Source: Coraliomargaritaceae bacterium
Lineage (GTDB): Bacteria; Verrucomicrobiota; Verrucomicrobiia; Opitutales; Coraliomargaritaceae
Direction: 5' to 3'
Assembly (NCBI GenBank): GCA_965656495.1
Contig: CBFHKU010000010.1
Span: 1-64,000 of the forward strand
DNA length: 64,000 bases
In this document: piece by piece, positions 30,457-38,970 of the stretch
Layout: every line of letters starts with the position of its first letter
Numbering within the stretch: the first letter of the stretch is position 1
Notes under the pieces: model-generated
Database searches by the model: none
Seen by the model: only the letters and a program-made list of their open reading frames with translations
Told to the model about the DNA's origin: nothing
Made by a program: the position numbers and the translations under genes

Positions 30457-31791
30457 ATGAGAAAAAAGATTATCAGCGCCCGTAAGTTTATAAAGCCGTC
30501 TTTCAGTTACCTGGTTGAGAAAAAACGTGATGGAGGCGAATTTACAGATGAGGAAATCCGCTATTTGGTGGATTCCATATTAGACGAGGAGATACCGGAT
30601 TTCCAGCAAGCGGCCCTCGCGATGGCTGTTTATTTCCAGAATATGTCGGCCCAGGAAATGGCGGTATTTTCTGAAGAGATGATGCTTTCGGGCGAAGTTT
30701 TGGATCTCAATCGCATTGCCCGCCCAAAAGTTGGTAAATATTCGACCGGCGGTGTTGGGGATAAAACATCCTTGGTGCTGGGTCCTTTGGCGGCAGCGAG
30801 CGGAGTCATTATGCCTCACATGAATGGGGTGGATGAAGAGTATGTGATTAGCAATCTCGACAAATTGTCTGCGATTCCAAAATTTAACCCAATCCTGGAT
30901 TTAAAGGAATTCAAGGATCAGCTAAATAAAGTAGGATGTACTTATGCGCAGCAGGATGAAGAAATTGCGCCGGTAGAGCGCATCCTTTACGATCTGCGTC
31001 TAAAAACGGGAACGATTCCCTGCCTGCCTCTGATTACTGGTTCAGTTTTGAGCCGTAAACTTTCCGCCGGAGCGGATTACCTGGTGGTCGATGTCAAATG
31101 GGGAAATGGTGCTTTTGTTAAAGACCTCGAGCAAGCCAAGCAGTTGGCTCGTACCATTACACGGGTTGCGCGTTCGATGAAGCGTCGTTGCGTAGGTTTG
31201 GTTACCGACATGAATCAACCCCTGGGCGACACGGTCGGTACCGCATTGGAATTGAAGGAAGCGATTGACCTGCTCAAAGGAGAAGGACCCGAGGATTTAC
31301 AGGAATTGGTCTTGAAGCTTGGGATGGAGATTGTTCGCCTTGCGGGCGTTGCCGGTTCAACCCTTTCTGCAAAACAAACGGTGCAGAAGCATTTGAAAGA
31401 CGGATCTGCACTTCAGAAATTCAAGGACATGGTGGCGGCACAGGGTGGCGACACCAGCGTCATTGATAATCCTGACAAATTCCCTGTTGCCAAGCATGTG
31501 CGCAAATTGCCAGCTCCAAAACGCGGTTATGTACACACCATCAATGCCGGGTTGATCGCAGAGGGCGTGCAAAAACTGGCAGTCCAGAAAAACGGTAAAT
31601 ATGACCCGTCGGTGGGTGTTTCGGAAATCAAGAAAGTTGGTACGCAAGTCAAGCAGGGCGAGCCGCTCATGATGATTCACTACAATGATGAATCCAGAAT
31701 GGAGATCGCCTTGGAATACCTCAAGACTGCCTACCGTCTTGCTCCCAAGCGCCCCAATCCCCCGGATTTGGTGGTTGAGCGCGTCGCTTAA
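30457..31791 (+). CDS. thymidine/pyrimidine-nucleoside phosphorylase-fold protein, divergent active site
   Basis: KKRDG, STGGVGDK, DVKWGNGAF, TDMNQPLG, AQGG; canonical DKH and SGRGLGHTGGT motifs absent. Confidence 0.85.
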   Translation: MRKKIISARKFIKPSFSYLVEKKRDGGEFTDEEIRYLVDSILDEEIPDFQQAALAMAVYFQNMSAQEMAVFSEEMMLSGEVLDLNRIARPKVGKYSTGGVGDKTSLVLGPLAAASGVIMPHMNGVDEEYVISNLDKLSAIPKFNPILDLKEFKDQLNKVGCTYAQQDEEIAPVERILYDLRLKTGTIPCLPLITGSVLSRKLSAGADYLVVDVKWGNGAFVKDLEQAKQLARTITRVARSMKRRCVGLVTDMNQPLGDTVGTALELKEAIDLLKGEGPEDLQELVLKLGMEIVRLAGVAGSTLSAKQTVQKHLKDGSALQKFKDMVAAQGGDTSVIDNPDKFPVAKHVRKLPAPKRGYVHTINAGLIAEGVQKLAVQKNGKYDPSVGVSEIKKVGTQVKQGEPLMMIHYNDESRMEIALEYLKTAYRLAPKRPNPPDLVVERVA

Positions 31792-32345
31792 GCGCGTCCC
31801 TGATAGGTGCGGTCGGTCGTATTGACTCGGATGCTTTCGCCTTCCTTGATGAAAAGCGGTACCTGAATCGTCAGCCCGGTTTCAAGGGTCGCCGGTTTTT
31901 GCACATTTGAGGCGGTGTCTCCTTTTACCCCCTCGGGCGATTCGGTCACTTTCATTTCAATGGAGGCCGGGAGCTCAATTTGGATCGGTTTGTCGTCCAC
32001 ATGCAAAATGCTGTAGGTTTGGTTCTCAACCAGGAAGTCTTTGGCATCCTCCACAATGGCGGCATCGAGAATGCTGTCTTCAAAACTCTCCGGATCCATG
32101 AAATGGTAGCCGTCGCCGTCAACGTAACTGAATTCAAGTTTAACGGTTTCGGTATGAAGGATTTCAACGCTATCGGTCGTGCGAATTTTAGTGTTAGTGG
32201 ATGAACCGGTATTCAGGTTGCGCATGGTGACTTGCATGAAACCAGCTTGTCGGCCTTGCGTACGGTGTTGCACCTCTAGGACTAGATGCGGCGCGCCTTG
32301 GTAATCGAGGACCTTTCCTTTGCGAACTTCGGTGGGTGATGCCAT
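31788..32345 (-). CDS. efp: elongation factor P
   Basis: YHFMDPESFE, PEGVKGDTAS, KPATLETG, VPLFI; tip loop reads TQGRQ. Confidence 0.95.
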   Translation of the reverse strand: MASPTEVRKGKVLDYQGAPHLVLEVQHRTQGRQAGFMQVTMRNLNTGSSTNTKIRTTDSVEILHTETVKLEFSYVDGDGYHFMDPESFEDSILDAAIVEDAKDFLVENQTYSILHVDDKPIQIELPASIEMKVTESPEGVKGDTASNVQKPATLETGLTIQVPLFIKEGESIRVNTTDRTYQGRA

Positions 32346-32390
32346 GATATCTTTGGTAGGGATTGCGTTTTTGTTGAAGAAAAGGCTGTG

Positions 32391-33422
32391 TCAATACCGG
32401 GCGCGACTGTCAAGTGCAGGCTCTTCAGGTAATTTTTCGCCAAAGCGTTCGCAATGCCCAGCCGCCACTGCCCGGAGGTCGTCTAACTGTACCACGGTGC
32501 TTAACTCGCCACGGATCTTCCGCGAACCGGGCATGCCCTTGGTAAGCGCGATAAACTTGGGCCGCATCCAGCTAAGGTCGCGGTGGCGTTGCTCCCGAAA
32601 GGGGCGTGCCATAATCTGACTGGTGTAGTCGATGATGGTAAGCCAGCGCTCGGATATGCTGGGCGGAACCGGTGCCTCCCCGTGGGTAAGTGCATGTTTG
32701 ATGTCACGAAAAATCCAGGGATATCCCAGGGCGGCCCTTCCAATCATAAGTCCCGCGCATGCTGTTTCCTGCCGGATACGGATGACATCCTCAACCGTCT
32801 GGATATTACCGTTTCCAATAACCGGGATGGTGCGTTCTGCCGCCACTTGCTTGATCAGTTCCCAGTCGGCTTCGCCGCGATAACCCTGCTCTTTCGTGCG
32901 ACCATGGATGGTCAGCGCCTTCGCACCCTCGTTTTCAACGATTCTCCCAACTTCAGGGGCTACGATGTGCTGGGCATCCCAGCCAGTGCGAATCTTAACA
33001 GTGACCGGGGTTTGCGGAACTGCTTTGACAACCGCAGCAGTGACTTTGCCCAGTTTTGACGGATTCCGCAGCATGGATGATCCCGCATCCATGCAAATAA
33101 CCCTTTCTGCCGGACAGCCGAAGTTTATGTCGATAAAATCAGGTGAGCACCGCTCTACCAGTAATTGAGCAGCCCTGCCCATGCTTTCAGGTCTGGAGCC
33201 AAAGATTTGGATGCCCATCGGGCGTTGTGCCTCGGTAAAGTCGACCGTTTCCCACAGGCGCGGGTCATTGCGTAGGATCGCATCGGCCTGAACAAACTCC
33301 GTGAGCATTACGTCAGCTCCTTGGGCCTTGCAGAATTCCCTAAAGATCACATCGGTAAACCGCGCCATGGGTGCAAGATAGAGCGGGCATTTGTTATTGC
33401 GGAACCATGGTAAGGCAGTCAT
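32391..33422 (-). CDS. dusB: tRNA-dihydrouridine synthase (DusB-like)
   Basis: LAPMA, DINFGCP, VTVKIR, IHGRT, GNGNI, MIGRAA. Confidence 0.9.
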   Translation of the reverse strand: MTALPWFRNNKCPLYLAPMARFTDVIFREFCKAQGADVMLTEFVQADAILRNDPRLWETVDFTEAQRPMGIQIFGSRPESMGRAAQLLVERCSPDFIDINFGCPAERVICMDAGSSMLRNPSKLGKVTAAVVKAVPQTPVTVKIRTGWDAQHIVAPEVGRIVENEGAKALTIHGRTKEQGYRGEADWELIKQVAAERTIPVIGNGNIQTVEDVIRIRQETACAGLMIGRAALGYPWIFRDIKHALTHGEAPVPPSISERWLTIIDYTSQIMARPFREQRHRDLSWMRPKFIALTKGMPGSRKIRGELSTVVQLDDLRAVAAGHCERFGEKLPEEPALDSRARY

Positions 33423-33484
33423 GTCTTTAAATACTGTAAGTTTAGGCTCGTAAGCCCCATTCTTTAAAATCAACAATTGAAACT

Positions 33485-33766
33485 ATGAAAAAGTACATCG
33501 CAATCATACTTATATCTCTAGGCAGTGCAGCGCTGGTAAGCGCACACTGTGGCTCATGCGGAACGGGCGACGCCAAATCTGCAAAATGCGCTACTTCTGA
33601 GTGCAGCTCTAAAAAATCCTGCTCCAAGGATAAAAGCAGCAAGTCCTGCAGCAAGAGCAAGTGCTGCAGCGATAGCAAATCCTGCAGCGAAAGCAAGTCC
33701 TGCGGCGAAAGCAAGCCAAGCAGTAAAAAAGAGTCCAAGCCGATGACCAGCTGTTGCGGCGGTTAA
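33485..33766 (+). CDS. secreted Cys/Ser/Lys-rich small protein (metallothionein-like)
   Basis: Signal peptide, 12 Cys, SKSC repeats, own terminator. Confidence 0.75.
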   Translation: MKKYIAIILISLGSAALVSAHCGSCGTGDAKSAKCATSECSSKKSCSKDKSSKSCSKSKCCSDSKSCSESKSCGESKPSSKKESKPMTSCCGG

Positions 33767-33794
33767 GTTTCGCTTGCAGCTTGTTGAATTTACG

Positions 33795-33825
33795 ACTCCC
33801 CTTTTACGGAAGGGGAGTTTTTTTT
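33795..33825 (+). terminator. intrinsic terminator
   Basis: ACTCCCCTT-ttacgg-AAGGGGAGT hairpin plus T-run. Confidence 0.85.
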
Positions 33826-33862
33826 GCTTTCAGCCTTTGTCTCGATGCCTCGAAAGGAGGGC

Positions 33863-34579
33863 TCAATTTGTGTCGTAAATATAACCGACGCTGTGCACGG
33901 TGCGGAAAGGAATCAGTTCCAAACCATGGCGCTTGTAAAGATTACGCACTTTGACAATGTACTGATCCAGCGAGCGGCTTTCGGTATTGGCATCATCGCC
34001 CCAGATAGCCTTGATGAGCGTTTCGCGGGTAATAACGGTGTCGGGGTTGTCGCGTAGGTAGGCAATAATGCCCAATTCCTTGCGGCCTATTTTCTCGACA
34101 TGACCCAGAGGAAAAGTGACCTCCATGCGTTGCGGGTCAATATCGCCTCCACAGAATCGGAATGGCTCAATTAATAGGGGTGCACGTTTACGGCGAGAAG
34201 CGATTTTACGAGATTTCACGGAACTAAGGGTTGATTTGATCAGAGCTATAAGCTCGGTGTAATTAACTGGTTTTTTGTAAGTGTTGATTGGGCTGCTGTA
34301 TGTTGCAGCACTGGAAGGATCAGAGGTCACCAAAATAACAGGTGTTGTGTCTTTGTGCTCTTGGAGTGTTTGAATCAGGCGATGGCTGTCGTTACCTGGC
34401 AGGTCATCGTCAATGAGGACTAGAGATGCACGCCGTGCCATTACGAAACCAAGGGCATGGTCGGCTTCGTTGCAGATCAGGGTGTTTAAGTCAATTTGCC
34501 GGAGATGATCCGCCAAAGTCATTGCTACTGAATTTTCTTTAACAACGATAACAATACTGAGTGTTTGTTCGGAGCTCAT
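33863..34579 (-). CDS. OmpR/PhoB-family response regulator (atypical receiver)
   Basis: Receiver LIDDDLPG/KKP; wHTH RETLIKAIWG..SRSLDQYIVKVR..RTVHSVGY. Confidence 0.85.
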   Translation of the reverse strand: MSSEQTLSIVIVVKENSVAMTLADHLRQIDLNTLICNEADHALGFVMARRASLVLIDDDLPGNDSHRLIQTLQEHKDTTPVILVTSDPSSAATYSSPINTYKKPVNYTELIALIKSTLSSVKSRKIASRRKRAPLLIEPFRFCGGDIDPQRMEVTFPLGHVEKIGRKELGIIAYLRDNPDTVITRETLIKAIWGDDANTESRSLDQYIVKVRNLYKRHGLELIPFRTVHSVGYIYDTN

Positions 34580-34808
34580 AATTACAATTTGTTTACAAAT
34601 ATATTAACTTTATGAATAAGGTTAAAGCCTGAATTTTACGATAGGTTTTCTTTCTGAGTAATAATGATTCATAAAAAATCTCACTTTATTAAGGAAACTA
34701 AGCAGAAAACCCGCAAGTTGAAAACAAAAAAATGTTTTTTACACTTTATTTACGGTAAGAATTATCACTTTGACTCTTCGGATCGTTTCAGGCTTACTGA
34801 AAAGCTTT

Positions 34809-35690
34809 ATGGAATCAAAAAACAATCTAATGTTAGGCTTGCCCAAAGGCAGTTTAGAGGAATCTACCATTCGTCTATTTGCCAAGGCAGGCTTTGAGAT
34901 CACCAAGAGCTCCAGGTCTTATCGTCCAAGTTTTGACGATGGCGATTTGGATGGTCGTTTTGTGCGCGCACAGGAGGTAAGTCGTTATGTGGAGCACGGT
35001 TATTTTGATTGCGGCCTTACCGGACAGGACTGGGTGCGTGAAAACGGCTCGGATGTTGTGGAGGTTTGCGATTTGGTTTACAGTCGCGCCTCGCGTCGCC
35101 GTTCAAAGTGGGTGGTCGCGGTACCGGAGGCTTCTGCGATTCAGGGAGTGAAGGATTTGGAAGGTAAGCGAATCGCCACTGAAGTTGTCAATTTAACCCG
35201 TGAATACTTAAAGGCAAATAACGTGAGTGCCGAGGTCGAGTTTTCCTGGGGCGCGACCGAAGTCAAAGTGCCGGACTTGGTGGATGCGATAGTCGACTTG
35301 ACGGAGACTGGAAACTCACTGCGGGCCAATAAATTACGCATTGTTGATACCATAATGGAAACGAACACGGTATTGATTGCGAATAAGGATTCATGGGAAA
35401 CCCCGGGTAAGCGAGCCAAGATCGAGCAAATCTCGCTCTTGTTGCAAGCGGCTTTGGAAGCCCACAGCCAGGTGGGCTTAAAGTTGAATATTCAGCGCAA
35501 GGAATTAGAATCTATATTAAGTGCTTTGCCAGCACTGCGTAATCCCACGATCAATCGTTTGACGGATGAGGCATGGGTTGCGATTGATGTCATCGTCGAT
35601 GAAAAGGTGGTGCGTGAGATAATTCCGCAGCTTAAAGCACATGGAGCCGAGGGCATTGTGGAGTACCCGCTGAACAAAGTGGTTTACTGA
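34809..35690 (+). CDS. hisG: ATP phosphoribosyltransferase (long form)
   Basis: LPKGSL, DCGLTGQD, GATE, DLTETGNSLRAN, C-terminal regulatory domain. Confidence 0.96.
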   Translation: MESKNNLMLGLPKGSLEESTIRLFAKAGFEITKSSRSYRPSFDDGDLDGRFVRAQEVSRYVEHGYFDCGLTGQDWVRENGSDVVEVCDLVYSRASRRRSKWVVAVPEASAIQGVKDLEGKRIATEVVNLTREYLKANNVSAEVEFSWGATEVKVPDLVDAIVDLTETGNSLRANKLRIVDTIMETNTVLIANKDSWETPGKRAKIEQISLLLQAALEAHSQVGLKLNIQRKELESILSALPALRNPTINRLTDEAWVAIDVIVDEKVVREIIPQLKAHGAEGIVEYPLNKVVY

Positions 35691-35774
35691 GTAGAGTTTG
35701 CTCACAAGCAGGAGTGCAGTTTGAGGCTGCGCAAGAATGGGCGATTGTTTGAATATTTTCAAAGCTGATTCAAA

Positions 35775-36671
35775 ATGGCAGAAACAAGCAAATCGAAGGT
35801 TTGCATCGCGCTCATTCAGGGGCGGGATCAGGGTGATGCGCATTTGAATCTGAAGGTGACGATTGAGCAAATACGTGCGGCTGCCGCTTCCGGCGCGCGC
35901 ATAATTTGCACGCAAGAGCTGTTTAATACGCCGTATTTTTGTAACAGTCAAAATACTGCAAATTTTAACATGGCTGAGCCAATACCCGGTCCCACCACCG
36001 AGGCACTTTCTGCTTTGGCGGCGGAATTAAAGGTGGTTTTAATCGCAGCTTTATTCGAAAAGCGGGCAACGGGTATCTACCACAACACGGCAGTGTGCCT
36101 AAATGCGGATGGTCGCATGTTAGGTAAATATCGAAAGATGCATATCCCGCAGGATCCCGGCTTTGAGGAGAAGTTCTATTTTTCGCCCGGAGATTTGGGG
36201 TTTCCGGTGTGGGAAACGGCCTACGGAAAAGTTGGGGTAATGATTTGTTGGGATCAGTGGTTTCCCGAGGCAGCTCGATTGATGGCACTGGCGGGTGCTG
36301 AAATACTTTTTTATCCAACCGCAATCGGCTGGCTTGAAGAAGAGAAGGCGGAATTGGGGGCAGCGCAGCATCATGCTTGGGAAACGGTGCAATGCGGTCA
36401 TGCCGTTGCGAATGGTTGCTACCTTGCGGCGGTGAATCGCGTTGGAGTGGAGGGGCAGACCGAATTCTGGGGGCAAAGTTTTGTATCGGATTTTTATGGG
36501 CAGGTCATCGCGCGTGCCCCCACGGATGAGGATTGTATTCTGAGGGCGGAATGTGATTTGGCCGCCTTGGAGGGGATGCGTCAAATATGGCCATTTTTTC
36601 GCGACCGTCGGGTTGAGGCGTATGGTGGCCTGACTGAACGCGCCTTGGATAAGGGAGAGGCGACTGAATGA
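35775..36671 (+). CDS. aguB: N-carbamoylputrescine amidase (nitrilase family)
   Basis: QELF, YRKMHIP, ICWDQWFPEAAR, YPTAIG, FFRDRR; coupled to aguA. Confidence 0.9.
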   Translation: MAETSKSKVCIALIQGRDQGDAHLNLKVTIEQIRAAAASGARIICTQELFNTPYFCNSQNTANFNMAEPIPGPTTEALSALAAELKVVLIAALFEKRATGIYHNTAVCLNADGRMLGKYRKMHIPQDPGFEEKFYFSPGDLGFPVWETAYGKVGVMICWDQWFPEAARLMALAGAEILFYPTAIGWLEEEKAELGAAQHHAWETVQCGHAVANGCYLAAVNRVGVEGQTEFWGQSFVSDFYGQVIARAPTDEDCILRAECDLAALEGMRQIWPFFRDRRVEAYGGLTERALDKGEATE

Positions 36672-37696
36672 CAACAGTCTCGGATTCCGGGAAATATCGT
36701 CTGCCGGCGGAGTGGGAAAAACAGGAGGCGGTGTGGTTTGCGTGGCCGACACGCGCAGCGCTCTGGGAGGGGAAACTGGATTTGGTGCAGGATCAATTGG
36801 CGCAGTTGTATGCTTTGGCGGCAGGTTTCCAGCGGGTTTGCGTTTTATGTCCCAAGGAAGCGCAGTCCGGGTTGCGGAAGCGTTTGGCTGGAGCGGATGT
36901 GGAACTTTTTGATTATAGCTGCGACGACGTATGGTGTCGGGATTTTGGGCCTCTTTTTATGATCAATGAAACAGCCTCGGAGCTGCATATTTCCGACTGG
37001 CGTTTCAATGCCTGGGGAGAAAAGTACGCGCCTTGGAGTCAGGACGACGGCGCCGCAGCCTGGATTGGTGGAGAACTGCGCTTGGCGGTTTCAAAAGAAG
37101 AGCAGGTGCTTGAAGGTGGAGCGATTGAATGTAACGGGGCGGGGGTTTTGCTAACGACTGAAGCCGTTTTGTTAAACCCCAACCGCGGGGCGATGGGCGG
37201 CAAGGCGGCAGTGGAGGAGCGTTTGTCGGCGGGTTTGGGGATTTCGCAGGTGCATTGGCTGGGGCAGGGGCTGGCGAGTGATGATACTGATGGGCACATT
37301 GATAATCTGGCGCGTTTTTACCGGGAGGATGCGATTTTGTATGCGGCTGTTCCAGATAGAGGGCATCCGGATTATGCGGCTTTGGCTGATAACGAGCGCC
37401 GAATCCAAAACTTTTCAACGGTTGATGGAAGGCCGTATCAAATGAAGGCTTTGCCTTTGCCGGCGCCTATTTACGAGAAGGGGGAAATGTTGGCGGCGAG
37501 TTATTTGAATTATCTGGTGCTGAACGGAGCGGTACTGGTGCCGACTTATGGGCAGCCGGATTTGGAGGGTGAAGTCCTGCGCGTTATTGGGGAATGCTAT
37601 CCCGGGCGTGAGATTCTGGGTTTTGATTGCCTGGAGATTATTCGGGAAGGGGGAGCATTGCATTGCCTCAGTCAGAACCAACCGGCATTGGTTTGA
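36668..37696 (+). CDS. aguA: agmatine deiminase
   Basis: LPAEWE, WCRDFGP, FNAWG, LEGG, DTDGHID, GGALHC. Confidence 0.93.
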   Translation: MTTVSDSGKYRLPAEWEKQEAVWFAWPTRAALWEGKLDLVQDQLAQLYALAAGFQRVCVLCPKEAQSGLRKRLAGADVELFDYSCDDVWCRDFGPLFMINETASELHISDWRFNAWGEKYAPWSQDDGAAAWIGGELRLAVSKEEQVLEGGAIECNGAGVLLTTEAVLLNPNRGAMGGKAAVEERLSAGLGISQVHWLGQGLASDDTDGHIDNLARFYREDAILYAAVPDRGHPDYAALADNERRIQNFSTVDGRPYQMKALPLPAPIYEKGEMLAASYLNYLVLNGAVLVPTYGQPDLEGEVLRVIGECYPGREILGFDCLEIIREGGALHCLSQNQPALV

Positions 37697-37705
37697 GTGC
37701 TTGGT

Positions 37706-38035
37706 TTATTTAACAACGGGAATGAAGAAGGGGATTACAATGAGCGCAATTCCCGAGAGCAAACCGAGCAGGAGCAGCCAATTTTTTCGATGCACCGCAA
37801 CTTTATGGAGCCATTGCCGGTGCATCCAAAGATGCAGGAGGATCGCCGCGGCAAAGGCGTAGCTCGTCCAGTAATGGATGTCGCCCCATTCATGACGGGT
37901 GAGGCCGAGTACGGAACCGCCGCCGCCGCGACTGCGGGGCGGTAATCGATAAACCAGCATCAATCCTGTTCCGGCCATGAGACAAAAACAGAGATAGAGG
38001 AAGAAGTTAAGGCTGCGATTAATTTTATTTTTCAT
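37706..38035 (-). CDS. DUF4405-like small membrane protein
   Basis: 3 TM helices, HEWGDIHYW and HLWMH His pairs. Confidence 0.75.
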   Translation of the reverse strand: MKNKINRSLNFFLYLCFCLMAGTGLMLVYRLPPRSRGGGGSVLGLTRHEWGDIHYWTSYAFAAAILLHLWMHRQWLHKVAVHRKNWLLLLGLLSGIALIVIPFFIPVVK

Positions 38036-38103
38036 TTATATCGATATAAACTTATTAAATAAAATCGCATAGAGCCAGCCATAATGACTCAGCCGATTAC
38101 GGC

Positions 38104-38943
38104 TTAGTTGGATTTGAAGCTCAGGGCTTCGGGGTCGAACTGCATTTCGGCTACGCGGGTAGCGGGTCCGGTCATTCGAATGGCGTAGTCTTCGCCAATC
38201 TGAATTCCGATGGTGCCCCCCGGCATATGAACGGTGAGTTCGGCATCGCAAAGCCCGAGGCGGTGTGCCACTGCAGCGGCGGCACTACTGCTGGAACCGG
38301 ATGCGAGGGTGTATCCCGCGCCGCGTTCCCAGATTTCAATTTGGATATTTTGACGGTCGAGGGCCTTGAGAAATTGAACGTTGGTACGGTTGGGGAAGCT
38401 GGGGTGCACCTCAAGAGCCGCACCGACTTCGCAGGCCAGTTCGCGGGTAATCTCATCCAGTGGCACAACACAGTGGGGGTTGCCAATGTCTGCAATGTGT
38501 ACCCGGTAGTCCGTTCCGTTGATTTGGAGAATTTCTCCAGCGTCGGCTTTGGATTCCTGGGGGTCGCGCCCAAAGCTCACACGACCCATATCAACCGTTA
38601 TGGATGCTGCGTTTTCACTGATCTCGCAGGTTACGATGCCGCCAAGGGTATCGACCGTGAAAGGGTCGCTACCCACGCGCCCGGTATCGAAGAGGTAACG
38701 GGCGAAGATGCGCAAGCCATTACCGCTTTTCTCTGCCTCACTTCCATCGGGATTGATGATACGCAGCCCAAAATCGGCCTGCTCACTTGGGGTGGGGCCA
38801 TAGAGGATTCCGTCGGATCCGAGTCCGAAATTCCGGTGGCAAATACGAATGGTGTCATCGGTTGCGGGTAAAGCGGGTGCTTCCGCAGGATCGAGCACGA
38901 GGTAATCATTGCCGAGGGCGTGGTATTTAAAAAATTGCATCAT
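38104..38943 (-). CDS. dapF: diaminopimelate epimerase (Ser/Ser active site)
   Basis: KYHALGNDY, GSDG, NPDGSEAEKSGNGLR, GNPH, WERGAGYTLASGS. Confidence 0.9.
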   Translation of the reverse strand: MMQFFKYHALGNDYLVLDPAEAPALPATDDTIRICHRNFGLGSDGILYGPTPSEQADFGLRIINPDGSEAEKSGNGLRIFARYLFDTGRVGSDPFTVDTLGGIVTCEISENAASITVDMGRVSFGRDPQESKADAGEILQINGTDYRVHIADIGNPHCVVPLDEITRELACEVGAALEVHPSFPNRTNVQFLKALDRQNIQIEIWERGAGYTLASGSSSSAAAAVAHRLGLCDAELTVHMPGGTIGIQIGEDYAIRMTGPATRVAEMQFDPEALSFKSN

Positions 38944-38970
38944 AGTGGCAGGCGGTGGAGTCGAATTTTT

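Noticed and set aside
33442..33738. Leu-rich repeat-like ORF (LLSLQD repeats)
   Set aside because: Reverse-strand reading of the SKSC repeats; the + ORF has the signal peptide and terminator.
34600..34627. Possible dif site
   Set aside because: Only a partial XerD-arm resemblance (TAAGGTTAAAG) and no XerC arm.
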